From: an uncultured Methanomassiliicoccales archaeon
Lineage (GTDB): Archaea; Thermoplasmatota; Thermoplasmata; Methanomassiliicoccales; UBA472
Assembly (NCBI GenBank): GCA_963695345.1
Contig: OY968769.1
Coordinates: forward strand, 256,001-320,000
DNA: 64,000 bases
Reading direction: 5' to 3'
Position 1 is the stretch's first letter, and every line of letters starts with the position of its first letter. The position numbers and the translations under genes were made by a program. Under the pieces are notes generated by a model, which was given only the letters and a program-made list of their open reading frames with translations, was not told the origin of the DNA and searched no databases. Positions 52,415-62,258 of this stretch are shown here, one piece after another.

Positions 52415-53344
52415 ATGGCCCATGATGGTGAGGTAATCTGCAACGGCATCGGAAAGGTTTTCAGCACTGGTAAGAAGGCCCTCACCTCGGTCGACCTTGC
52501 CATTCCCGCCAGAGGGACGTTCGCCCTGATCGGGAGGAACGGTGCCGGCAAGACAACCCTGACCCGTATCCTCTCGACACTGCTGGAGCCTTCGTCGGGA
52601 AAGGCCACCATTGACGGGCTTGGACGTGATGGCTGACGCCAAGCTCCTCCGGGAAAGGATGTCGGTCGTCCCGCAGGAAGGAAGGGCGGTCCAATGGATG
52701 ACGCCGCTCCAGAGCGTCTCCTCTTATCTTGCTGTGGAGGGGGATGAGCTACCGGGAATCCCGGAGAAAGGGGAGCGAGGCGCTGGCACAGGTCGGTCTG
52801 GCGGACGTTGCCGATCGGCTCAACCGCACGCTCTCCGGCGGGATGAAGCGGAAGGTCCTGGTGGCCATGGTCATCGCCGCCGAATCGGACTACATATTCC
52901 TGGACGAGCCGACCACCGGACTGGACCCGATCTCCCGGCAGGAGATATGGAACCTGATGACCGAACTGAGCAGGGACCGGTTCATCTTCCTTACCACCCA
53001 CTATCTGGAAGAGGCGGAGAGGGTCGCCGACCGGATCGGGATACTGGACAGCGGAAGATTGCTCGCGCTGGGCAGCATGGACGATCTGAGGAAGAGGATA
53101 AAGCACCAGTACAGCGTGAAGGTGCCCCGGGGAGTGGACCTGCCGGAAGTGGAGGGGAAGGTCCTGGCCAGGAAGGACGGGCAGGTGCAGATCATGACCA
53201 CCCAGGAGGAGGCGTTGCGCCTTTCCAGGCATGCTGATCGAGAGGAAGGTCCAGTTCTCCCTCAACCCGATCGACCTGGACGACATCTTCTCCGATGTGG
53301 TGGGCGGCGGAACCCTGAACGATGACGCGGATGGAGGAAGATGA
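52415..53344 (+). CDS. ABC transporter ATP-binding protein; several frameshifts
   Basis: GRNGAGKT, LSGGMKRK, FLDEPTTGLD, TTHYLEEA across partial ORFs. Confidence 0.88.
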
Positions 53345-54084
53345 GAGCGGATCGGCGGTCAGCTGCTCGCGTCCATCCTGGTGAACGCGATCTACGAGAT
53401 GAAGAACTACCCGGTGGTCCTTCTGAACACCGTCCTGGCCCCGCTCTCGTTCCTCACCCTCATCTGGTTCGTCAGCCAAGGCAGCCTGCTGGGACCGGCG
53501 ATCATCGGCGGCCTGATCATGACCATGTTCTCCAGCGGGACCTCGCTGCAGGCGGACCTGTCCCACCTGAAGAACGATTTCAAGCTCCAGGACATGGTGG
53601 TCAGTTCACCGACCAGCGCGTCCGTCTATGTGGTCGGGATCGCGATCTCCGAACTCATCTATTCCCTGCCGGCCATCGCCATCCTCTCGACCCTGTTCTT
53701 CCTCTTCGTCCCGGTGACGCTGGTCCAGCTGGGAGGGATAATCGTGGTCCTGGGGTTCGTCTTCATCACCTCGGTGTCACTGGGTTTCGCCTTGGCCACG
53801 CTCTCCTCCGACATCGTCCAGAGCTTCGCCTTCACCCGTCTGCTGACCACCCTGTTCTCGACGCTGGCGCCGGTCTACTATCCGATAACCTACATCCCGA
53901 TGCCGTATCGGTACCTGGCCTACCTTTCCCCGACCACCTACGCGGCGCAGATCGCCCAGAACCTGAGCGGGTCCCTGGTATCGTCCACGGAAGAGCTGAT
54001 CATCGATTGGGCGGTTCTGATCATGCCTCTCCGCTGGTGTTCCTGTGGATCGGAATGTCCAAGTCCAGGTGGAGGGAGAAATGA
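53341..54084 (+). CDS. ABC-2 permease; frameshifts near both ends
   Basis: Six TM helices, PVYYP...LSPTTY motif. Confidence 0.82.
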   Translation: MRADRRSAARVHPGERDLRDEELPGGPSEHRPGPALVPHPHLVRQPRQPAGTGDHRRPDHDHVLQRDLAAGGPVPPEERFQAPGHGGQFTDQRVRLCGRDRDLRTHLFPAGHRHPLDPVLPLRPGDAGPAGRDNRGPGVRLHHLGVTGFRLGHALLRHRPELRLHPSADHPVLDAGAGLLSDNLHPDAVSVPGLPFPDHLRGADRPEPERVPGIVHGRADHRLGGSDHASPLVFLWIGMSKSRWREK

Positions 54085-54173
54085 AAGGCGATCGAGGACG
54101 GTTCGAGACATTTGATTTTAATATCCGTAGCTCGAATTGATACTTGGTCGTCAGAACGACCTTGAGGTTGAAT

Positions 54174-54570
54174 ATGGACCTAGTACAATTGATTATCGCG
54201 ATCATCGTATTGATCATAGGATGGGTGATCATCTCGATACCTTTGTGGCTCGCCGCAAAGGTCATGACCGGAGGACAGGCGACCATGGGAGCGGCCATGC
54301 TCGGCATGCTCCTCGGCGGCATCGTGTTCGCCCTGGTCTATGCGGGGACATTCCTGCGTCACGAACATCATCACCAGCTCAGGCGTCGCTTTGGTGGTGG
54401 CGGCGATCGTCGCATTCCTGGCGTTCCTCGGACTCTACAAGATGCTGTTCGATGTCGGGTGGCTCAGGGCACTGGCCATCGCCATCCTGGCAGTGATATT
54501 CGCCGTGATCATCGTGGTCATAATGGCCGCCATATTGGTCGCCGTGGGGGTGGGCGTGCTGGGATTGTGA
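54174..54570 (+). CDS. small 4TM membrane protein; frameshift near 54355
   Basis: Hydrophobic ORFs 54144-54596 and 54340-54570 join; YK..FDVGWLRAL.IAIL. Confidence 0.7.
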
Positions 54571-54769
54571 TCGTTATCCCTGTGAACGCATCATGACGGA
54601 CCACTCTTTCCGGACCGGTTCATCTTCTTGAACGGTCCATCCTTCTTGAATCGATCCTACGTTTTTGATGATCGAATCCTGACGACTGACTCTGAAAGTG
54701 AAGAGCTGGTATGGCATCGAATCCCGCTTTTCCATTGGATTCATGACTTATACCCATTGGTCAAACGTG

Positions 54770-55105
54770 ATGCCATGGTTGAAACATCGAGCATTCTTCT
54801 ATCTGTTGGTCGCATTGGTCATCTCAACGGTAATCATCTACTTTGTCACTAAGTTCATGGGAGAGAAGGAAGGCCTGGGCACTGCCCTGGTGGCTGCCGT
54901 GATCGGTACTGTGGTCTATATCGTGGTCTACTTCCTGTTCGGAAATGGACTGTTGGCGGCCGTCTTGGCCGGGATAGTGTGGCTTCTGGCGCTCAAAGGA
55001 CTGTACAAGATCGGATGGGTCAAGGCACTGATCATCGCGGTGCTGATCTGGATATTCGCCACCATAATCGGTTTCTTCCTTCCCACGCTCTCAGGCCCAT
55101 TGTAG
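54770..55105 (+). CDS. small 4TM membrane protein, probably related to the upstream gene
   Basis: LKGLYKIGWVKALIIAVL resembles the upstream protein's C-terminal half. Confidence 0.7.
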   Translation: MPWLKHRAFFYLLVALVISTVIIYFVTKFMGEKEGLGTALVAAVIGTVVYIVVYFLFGNGLLAAVLAGIVWLLALKGLYKIGWVKALIIAVLIWIFATIIGFFLPTLSGPL

Positions 55106-55442
55106 GATCGATGATGACGCGGAAACCATCGGACTCCTTTCACAATTTGGTCCGCTCCTCTCGCTAACGGACTGACAAGAAGAGGCATCAACATCAGATG
55201 GAATCCTCCTGGACCCTGAATACTTCAGGGACCGATGAGTGAGTAGGCATGGGACACATGATTCGGTGATCTCAATTGGTAACTGATGGCTCGATGTTCA
55301 CTGAACAAGGAAAAGCGCTGTGGGAGCGGTCATTTCCATCAAAATCATAATAACCTCTGATGCTTCAAATATAGTCGATGGTCCTGATTAATATCGAAAT
55401 GACCAGGGTAGAGCGAACTTATCCGGTCTTCAGGGTGAAAGC

Positions 55443-55732
55443 ATGGCGAAAGGCGATGTCAAGAAAGAGATCGACAAAGGTATCGAGGATGTGCAGAAAG
55501 GCGTGAAAAAGGGTGTAAAGGAGGCACAGAAGGACGCCCGATCGCCGGGAAGGCAGTCGACAAGGGAATTGAAGAGATCCAAAAGGATGTCCGGGCTGGC
55601 GTCAAAGAGGTCAAGAAGGATGTGAAGGTTGTCGCCAAGGCCGTCGACAAGCAGATCAAGAAAGTCAAGTCGGAATGGGCTGAATTGAAGAGTCATATCC
55701 GTTCTCCCGCCTGGATAGCCAAACGGACATGA
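55443..55732 (+). CDS. small Lys-rich amphipathic repeat protein; one frameshift near 55540
   Basis: RBS GGTGA; about 29-aa tandem repeat continues across the frame change. Confidence 0.65.
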
Positions 55733-55924
55733 AGATCAAACGTTCTGGAAGGTCCGCTCTCGATATTCACGAGAGCGGCTCAATTGACCTTCAAGAATCA
55801 TTGCCTAGCATGGAATGAATCAAAATAGAAGGTTCTGGTCTCGACCAGACCGATACTGCCAATGTCATCGCACGTCAGGGCCTTAGGGAAACGATTATCA
55901 ACATCACCCATTATTCAATGGTAA

Positions 55925-56863
55925 ATGGCTTATGATCTGGTGATAGTGGGAGCTGGCCCAGCCGGACTTACCGCGGGCGTCTATGCGATGCAACGCAAGC
56001 TCAAGACACTCATCATCGATGCTGGGGTAGCGGGGGGACAGCTGATCAATGTCTATCCCGAGAAGGTCATAGCCAACTATCCGAGCGTAACCGAGATCCA
56101 CGCCCACGAGCTGGGGTGGTCCATGGTGGACCACGCCAAGGGCTCAGGATGTGATATCCATGAGCACGAGGTGGTCAAGGACGTCATGGACAAGGACGAA
56201 GGACTGGTCGTAATCTCCGACAAAGGAGAATACGAGACCAAGACGGTCATACTGGCCATTGGTACCGGTCTCTTCATGCCCAAGATGTTGGGCGCCCCAG
56301 GAGAGGAGCGGCTTGAGGGCAAGGGCGTCTATCATCGGCTGCCCGAGAAGAAGGAGCTGGCCGGCAGGCGCATCCTGTTCGTCGGCGGTGGCAACAGCGC
56401 TCTGGAGATGGCATTGCTCGCTTCAGATGTCGCGCAGGTCTATATCGTGCATCGTCGGGACTGCTTCCGGGCGGACGGGTGTATCATAGACCGGGTCGTG
56501 GCCAAGAACATCAAGACCATCATGTCCGCCGAGGTCAAGGAGATCATGGGAGAGGACAAGGTCGAAGGCGCCATCCTAAACATCGGTGATCCTCCTGAGG
56601 AGATGCGTCTCGACGTCGACATGGTCGTAATCAACATTGGGGTAACGCCGGAGCTGGAGTTCCTGGAGAAGTGGAAGGTCGTCCTGGAGGGGAACCAGAT
56701 CAAGGTCGATACGGAGATGCGCACGTCACGGAGAGGAGTCTTCGCCTGCGGTGACTCGGTCATCTATCCCGGTAAATACCGGCAGATAGTGGTCGCCTGC
56801 GGGGAAGGGGCGACGGCGGCGAACTCGGTGTACAAGTACGTGATGAAGCCCTACTGGGCCTGA
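55925..56863 (+). CDS. thioredoxin reductase-like NAD(P)/FAD oxidoreductase
   Basis: GAGPAG, GGQL, GGGNSA, HRR, GVFACGD; no CxxC at the canonical site (GVYHRLP), so it may be a ferredoxin-NADP reductase type. Confidence 0.85.
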   Translation: MAYDLVIVGAGPAGLTAGVYAMQRKLKTLIIDAGVAGGQLINVYPEKVIANYPSVTEIHAHELGWSMVDHAKGSGCDIHEHEVVKDVMDKDEGLVVISDKGEYETKTVILAIGTGLFMPKMLGAPGEERLEGKGVYHRLPEKKELAGRRILFVGGGNSALEMALLASDVAQVYIVHRRDCFRADGCIIDRVVAKNIKTIMSAEVKEIMGEDKVEGAILNIGDPPEEMRLDVDMVVINIGVTPELEFLEKWKVVLEGNQIKVDTEMRTSRRGVFACGDSVIYPGKYRQIVVACGEGATAANSVYKYVMKPYWA

Positions 56864-57009
56864 ACCGCACGGTATCATTGCCGAGAGCCCATGACTGATT
56901 CTGGAAATCTAGAAACCTAACATTGAGGAAATCGGTTGGGACGAAAAAATAGAAGTTCTGACGAACGGCGCATTGACCGCGACGGCCGTCAATGGGTTTT
57001 TAGACCTGT

Positions 57010-57180
57010 CTACTCGACTGTGATAGCGTTGTTCGGGCACTCGTCGACGCAAGCGCCGCAGTCGACGCAGTCCTTCTCATTTACGACCGCGACCTCTGTG
57101 ACCTTGATGCATCCCTGTGGACAGACATCCTCGCAAGCTCCGCATCCTACGCACTCTTCTGCCTTGATCTTTGCAGCCAT
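57010..57180 (-). CDS. 2[4Fe-4S] ferredoxin (56 aa), absent from the ORF track
   Basis: MAAKIKAEECVGCGACEDVCP...DCVDCGACVDECPNNAITVE; RBS AGGTG. Confidence 0.93.
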   Translation of the reverse strand: MAAKIKAEECVGCGACEDVCPQGCIKVTEVAVVNEKDCVDCGACVDECPNNAITVE

Positions 57181-57313
57181 TTAAGACACCTTTAGCCCTG
57201 AACAAAAAGCATATTATAAATTAGTTTCCCACAATTCTTCGGGGGTCTGATGCGCGGGCCTTGGCTGGCCAAATGTCACCGATGGACCAGCCACCCCCTT
57301 CGGTGATCCAGAC

Positions 57314-57742
57314 CTATCGTACCACCAGAACGGAGCACTTAGCCCTTTTGGTAAGCGCCTCCGAGGTGCTTCCTACCAACAGCCCCTTTGCACCTACATG
57401 AAGGCCCCGACACCCGGTCACGATCAGGTCGGCATTACAATCCTCGGCGAACTTGATGATCTGCGCCACCGGATGTCCGTGCAAGACCGCCGACCTGGCC
57501 ATTACACCTTCGGAATTGACGATCTCCAGAGCGTCGCCGATGATGCAGGCAGCCCTGGCCTCCGCATCCCTCCTTTCCGTCTCGGATATCAGGACCGGGT
57601 AGTCCTTGGTGTTGATCACATGAACGACGGTCAACCGGGTCCCTGGCATGCCGCGGGCCATAGCCGCCGCCTTGTGTGCTGCCTTGGCACTGCCATCGGA
57701 ACCGTCCACGGCGACGATTATGAAGTTGTTGTCACAGGTCAT
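57314..57742 (-). CDS. universal stress protein
   Basis: VAVDGS, G.P...I, DLIVTGCRG, GSTSE, CSVLVVR. Confidence 0.9.
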   Translation of the reverse strand: MTCDNNFIIVAVDGSDGSAKAAHKAAAMARGMPGTRLTVVHVINTKDYPVLISETERRDAEARAACIIGDALEIVNSEGVMARSAVLHGHPVAQIIKFAEDCNADLIVTGCRGLHVGAKGLLVGSTSEALTKRAKCSVLVVR

Positions 57743-58025
57743 TTCTCCCCCATGGATCGGGGCACCGTTGCGCCACCGACTTCGGGATCACGGCGCCCAT
57801 CACGATCACCATCACTGAATAGAGACTGGTATGAGATTATAATATTGTTAGGGAGCACCGCCTGCGTACCAATGATGCCGACGACGGAACGGTGACCTTG
57901 AGCCATGATATGTTTTGCTCGGTCAGTCTAGGCACTCGCGACCGATGACTCCGGCACCCGACGACTTCTGTACCATGCATTCACCCCGACCAGCGGACTG
58001 GACATCTTGAAATAGCGATGAAGGC

Positions 58026-59105
58026 ATGACTTTCTTTATGGAGCTTGCATCCGGCAAACTGCTTACCGCCGACGGATTCATCGATGGCCATGTGGAATTC
58101 GAGAACGGCCTGGTGAGGAGCGTGGGCGAAGGAACGTCTAAGATGGCGACGGTGAAGGGCGTGATCGTCCCCACCCTCATCAATTGCCACACGCACGTCG
58201 CCGATTATGTCGTACCAGTGGACACCCGGCTTTCATTGGAGGAGCTGGTGGCCCCCCCGGACGGGCTGAAGCACCGCATCCTCAGGAACATGCCGGTGAA
58301 CCACCTGACCGCCTCGATGGTCCGTCTGTCCCGGTTCATGTTCTCCCGGGGCGTTTCCAGCTATGTCGACTTCCGGGAGGGCGGGATCGAGGGGGCGCAG
58401 GCACTGGCCGCGGCCAAGGGCAATGGTGCGGAACCGATCATAATGGCCCGGCCATCGGGGATGAAGTATGTGTCCTCGGAGATCAATGCGCTGCTCAAGG
58501 TGGCCAACGGAATCGCCGTCTCTTCCATCTCCGATTGGGACTACGAGGAGCTGAGCGCTCTTGCGGCCCATGTCGACAGGAAGGGGGCACGCTTCGCCAT
58601 TCACGCCTCGGAACGGGTCCGGGAGGATATTGGCAAGGTGCTGGACCTCAAACCCCGCTTCGTGGTCCACATGACCAAGGCGACGAAGGAGGACGTGGTC
58701 GCCTGCAATGAGGCGAAGGTGCCCATCGTGGTCTGTCCGCGCTCCAACCTGTTCTTCGGCTACGTCCCGCCATTGAAAATGATGCTGGATGCGGGCGCCC
58801 GGGTGGCCCTTGGGACGGACAACGGGATGGTCTCGATGCCGGACATGCTGCATGAGATCGAGACCGCCGCGCTCCTCCTGCGATCGCAGGGGATGAAGGA
58901 CCTCACCCCGCTATTGGATATGGCTTTCACAAATGCACGAATACTTTTAAATCGAAACGACTCGTTTAACATTCAACCAGGGTCTCCATGCGATTTCATG
59001 GTCCTGAGGTCCAAAGGGGGCGATCCCCTGACCGATCTGGTGCTGAGGTCCAGCCCGGAAGACCCCTGCCTAGTCTGCTACGGGAAACACATTTGGAGGA
59101 AATGA
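58026..59105 (+). CDS. metal-dependent amidohydrolase (deaminase-like)
   Basis: NCHTH, HASE, VH, CPRSN, LGTDN. Confidence 0.88.
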   Translation: MTFFMELASGKLLTADGFIDGHVEFENGLVRSVGEGTSKMATVKGVIVPTLINCHTHVADYVVPVDTRLSLEELVAPPDGLKHRILRNMPVNHLTASMVRLSRFMFSRGVSSYVDFREGGIEGAQALAAAKGNGAEPIIMARPSGMKYVSSEINALLKVANGIAVSSISDWDYEELSALAAHVDRKGARFAIHASERVREDIGKVLDLKPRFVVHMTKATKEDVVACNEAKVPIVVCPRSNLFFGYVPPLKMMLDAGARVALGTDNGMVSMPDMLHEIETAALLLRSQGMKDLTPLLDMAFTNARILLNRNDSFNIQPGSPCDFMVLRSKGGDPLTDLVLRSSPEDPCLVCYGKHIWRK

Positions 59106-59106
59106 A

Positions 59107-59553
59107 ATGAATCTGTTCAAGCACATACTGATACCCACGGACGGTAGCGAATATACCAGGGCCGCGATCAGCAAAGGTCTGGAGCTGGCAAAGCTGATGG
59201 AAGCCGACGTGACTGCATTGTACGTGGTGGACCAGACCTCGTTCATCAATTTCCCCATGGACTCTACGGTGGTGAGCGTCTACTCGCTCCTGGAAAAGGA
59301 GGGCAAGGACGCGGTCGACTACGTCAAGTCCGAGGGCGAGAAGCTGGGAGTCAAGGTCAGCATCTCCATCGTGGAGGGTGCCCCGGCCCGGAAGATCGTC
59401 GATGCGTCGTTGACGCATGACCTGGTGGTCATGGGCACGCTCGGCCGAACGGGATTCTCCAAGTTACTGCTGGGCTCGGTGGCCGAGCGGGTCATCCGCT
59501 TCGCCAAGTGCCCGGTGCTTGTGGTCAAGCCGGAAGAGGAGGCGGAAAAATGA
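59107..59553 (+). CDS. universal stress protein (ATP-binding type)
   Basis: ILIPTDGS, MGTLGRTG...LGSVAE, CPVLVV. Confidence 0.92.
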   Translation: MNLFKHILIPTDGSEYTRAAISKGLELAKLMEADVTALYVVDQTSFINFPMDSTVVSVYSLLEKEGKDAVDYVKSEGEKLGVKVSISIVEGAPARKIVDASLTHDLVVMGTLGRTGFSKLLLGSVAERVIRFAKCPVLVVKPEEEAEK

Positions 59554-60398
59554 CCACTGTCGGCGAGGTGATGACCTCGAACCCGATCGTGGCGCAGGTG
59601 CCCGGATCGCGGAACGAGGTGCTCAAGATCATGGTGAAGCACAACCTGACCGGACTGCCGGTGGTCCGGCGCAGCGACGGATCGCTGGCCGGCATCATAA
59701 CCAGGCAGGACATCTTCGACAAGCCGGACGAGGACCAGGCGGCCCTGATAATGAACCGGGAACCGATCACCATCAGTCCGAGGGCGGAGGTCGAGGAAGC
59801 GGCAGGGGTCCTGCTCCATCAGAACATCAGGCACCTGCCGGTCATCGACGGCGACAAGCTGGTCGGCATCCTGACACCGACCGACCTGCTGTCGGTCGTG
59901 GAACGGAAGAACATCTCCACACCGATCGAGAAGGTCATCCGGTCGCCCTGCATACCGATCTATCACGGGGCACCGCTGGCGGTCGCCTCCGTCACCCTCA
60001 AGGTCAGCAAGGCATCGGCGCTGGCGGTCCTCGATGACAACGGCCGTCTGATCGGCATCCTGACCGACCGCGACATCTTCAACAAGAGCTATGTCAACGG
60101 GTCGGTCGCCATGGAAGAGCTGGGGATACCGCAGGACGAGGACGAGTGGACCTGGGACGGTCTGCGCAATGTCATGAAACTGTGGTACGAGGTTTCCAAG
60201 ATCGACCTGCCCGGCCTGCCCGTGAGGGACATCATGGTGCGCAACCCAATGACCGTGTTCAAGAAGACGTCGATATCCGAGGCGGCGCGCATAATGCGCA
60301 AGAACGACTTCGGCCAGTTGCCGGTCCGCGACTCCAAGGACAACCTCCAGGCGATGATCTACGACCACGACGTCATTTCGATATTGGCGGAAGATTAA
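59550..60398 (+). CDS. CBS domain protein (4 CBS motifs)
   Basis: Four LPVV..G.L.GI.T..D repeats; ATGA overlap with the USP gene. Confidence 0.9.
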   Translation: MTTVGEVMTSNPIVAQVPGSRNEVLKIMVKHNLTGLPVVRRSDGSLAGIITRQDIFDKPDEDQAALIMNREPITISPRAEVEEAAGVLLHQNIRHLPVIDGDKLVGILTPTDLLSVVERKNISTPIEKVIRSPCIPIYHGAPLAVASVTLKVSKASALAVLDDNGRLIGILTDRDIFNKSYVNGSVAMEELGIPQDEDEWTWDGLRNVMKLWYEVSKIDLPGLPVRDIMVRNPMTVFKKTSISEAARIMRKNDFGQLPVRDSKDNLQAMIYDHDVISILAED

Positions 60399-60431
60399 GA
60401 TATCACGGTTGAATCATTGGAGGAGGATCAC

Positions 60432-62168
60432 ATGGCCGATGTTAATTCAGGGGACATCCTCTCCCTGTGCAAGCGGAGAGGTTTCATCTACCCCTCTTAC
60501 GAGATATACGGCGGCATCGCCGGGCTGTTCGACTACGGTCCGCTAGGCTGCACCATGAAGACGAACGTAATGAACCAGTGGCGCAGGATATACGCGCTGG
60601 AAGAAGGTTTCCTGGAGATCGATGGCGAGACCATCGGTCCGGAGGCGGTCTTCAAGGCGTCCGGTCACGTGGACAACTTCGCCGACCTGATCGTCTCGTG
60701 CGTGAAGTGCGATGAATCGTACCGGGCGGACCATCTGTGCAAGGAGCTGCACCCCAATCCCGGCTCATTGCCGAAGAAGGAACTGGAAGAGCTCATCTGC
60801 AAGAACAACGTCGTCTGCACGGCGTGCGGCGGCGAGCTCTCCCACGTGGAAGAGTTCAACCTGATGTTCAAGACCAAGATCGGACCGGGCAAGGGCCGGG
60901 TAGGGTATCTTCGGCCGGAGACGGCGCAGGGCATCTTCGTGAACTTCGCCAACCTCTACCGGCACGCCCGCGAGCGGTTGCCGTTCGGCGTCATCCAGAT
61001 CGGACGCGGCTACCGTAACGAGATATCTCCCCGGCAGGGCGTCATACGCATGAGGGAGTTCAACATGATGGAGGCGGAGCTGTTCGTCGACCCGCTGGAC
61101 AAGCGCTGGCCGACCTTCGACTCGATCAAGGACACCAAGGTGACGCTCGTTCCCAACACCTACATGGACACCGAGGAGAAGGTCGAGGCCGTGGTCGAGA
61201 CCACCTTCGGGAAGGCGGTCGAGGACAGGATCATCGCCCACCAGACCATCGCATACTTCCTCTGGGTCACCCAGCGTTTCCTGACCGAGGCGGGCGTGGA
61301 CCCGGCCCGGCTGCGGTTCCGGCAGCACCTGAAGACCGAGATGGCCCATTACGCGTGCGATTGCTGGGACGCCGAGGCCCTGCTGAGCTACGGCTGGACC
61401 GAGATCACCGGCATCGCCGACCGGGGCGCCTGGGACCTGTCCCGGCATATCCAGTTCTCCAACGCCGACCTGACCGCGTTCAAGCGGTTCGACGAACCGA
61501 CGGAAGTGGAGAAGGACGTCATCAAGGCGAAGTTCGGAGCGCTCGGACCGGCCTACAAGGGCAAGGCCAAGCTGGTGGCTAACGCGCTGGAACTGACCGA
61601 GCCGTCGAAGATCGTCGACGGCAAGGTGACCGTGGAGGTCGATGGGGAGAGCATCACCCTCGAATCGAAGTACTTCGAGGTGGTCAGGGTGAAGGAGAAG
61701 GTGAACGGGGAGAAGGTGGTCCCCCACGTCATCGAGCCCTCCCACGGGCTGGATCGGATAATGTATACATGCCTGGAGCACGCCTACAGCGTCACCGCCG
61801 ACGGCTATGTCACGATGAGATTGAGAACGGCCACCGCACCGATCAAGGTGGGTGTGTTCCCTCTCATGTGCAAGGACGACCTGGACCAGATCGCGATGGA
61901 TCTGGACGCGAAGCTGAGGAAGAACGGCATCACCACCGCGTTCGACGACTCCGGTTCCATCGGCCGGCGCTACGCCCGGATGGACGAGGTCGGGACGCCC
62001 TACTGCGTCACGGTGGACTACGAGGCCAAGGAGAAGGGCCGCGTCACCATCCGCGACCGGGACACCACCCAGCAGAAATGGATACCGCTCGAGGATGTCG
62101 TGAAGGACATCGAATCGCTGCTGAGGGGAACGCCCTTCAGCGAGCTCAAGGGTGAGACGAAGGTATAA
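60432..62168 (+). CDS. glyS: glycine--tRNA ligase (alpha2 type)
   Basis: KRRGF, DYGPLG, LRPETAQG, RNEISPR, IEPS.G.DR, SIGRRYAR.DEVGTP. Confidence 0.96.
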   Translation: MADVNSGDILSLCKRRGFIYPSYEIYGGIAGLFDYGPLGCTMKTNVMNQWRRIYALEEGFLEIDGETIGPEAVFKASGHVDNFADLIVSCVKCDESYRADHLCKELHPNPGSLPKKELEELICKNNVVCTACGGELSHVEEFNLMFKTKIGPGKGRVGYLRPETAQGIFVNFANLYRHARERLPFGVIQIGRGYRNEISPRQGVIRMREFNMMEAELFVDPLDKRWPTFDSIKDTKVTLVPNTYMDTEEKVEAVVETTFGKAVEDRIIAHQTIAYFLWVTQRFLTEAGVDPARLRFRQHLKTEMAHYACDCWDAEALLSYGWTEITGIADRGAWDLSRHIQFSNADLTAFKRFDEPTEVEKDVIKAKFGALGPAYKGKAKLVANALELTEPSKIVDGKVTVEVDGESITLESKYFEVVRVKEKVNGEKVVPHVIEPSHGLDRIMYTCLEHAYSVTADGYVTMRLRTATAPIKVGVFPLMCKDDLDQIAMDLDAKLRKNGITTAFDDSGSIGRRYARMDEVGTPYCVTVDYEAKEKGRVTIRDRDTTQQKWIPLEDVVKDIESLLRGTPFSELKGETKV

Positions 62169-62258
62169 TCTCCCCCAGGCTCCAGTGATATCAGGAACGA
62201 AGATTCGTAAGAAGCTATTATAGCTTCCATCTGACAATATTAACATGAGGTGACAAAA

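Noticed and set aside
4686-57316. Pyrrolysine readthrough at TAG codons, plausible for this order
   Set aside because: The TAG stops I checked (kinase, permease, ComEC-like, iscS1, ferredoxin, USP) fall at expected protein ends. No in-frame amber joining two coding halves was seen, and no pyl genes are in the window.
60765-62246. Long antisense ORFs (for example 493 aa opposite glyS, 349 aa opposite USP/CBS, 297 aa opposite mtaB)
   Set aside because: They are shadow ORFs expected from high GC3 codon bias and contain no recognisable motifs.
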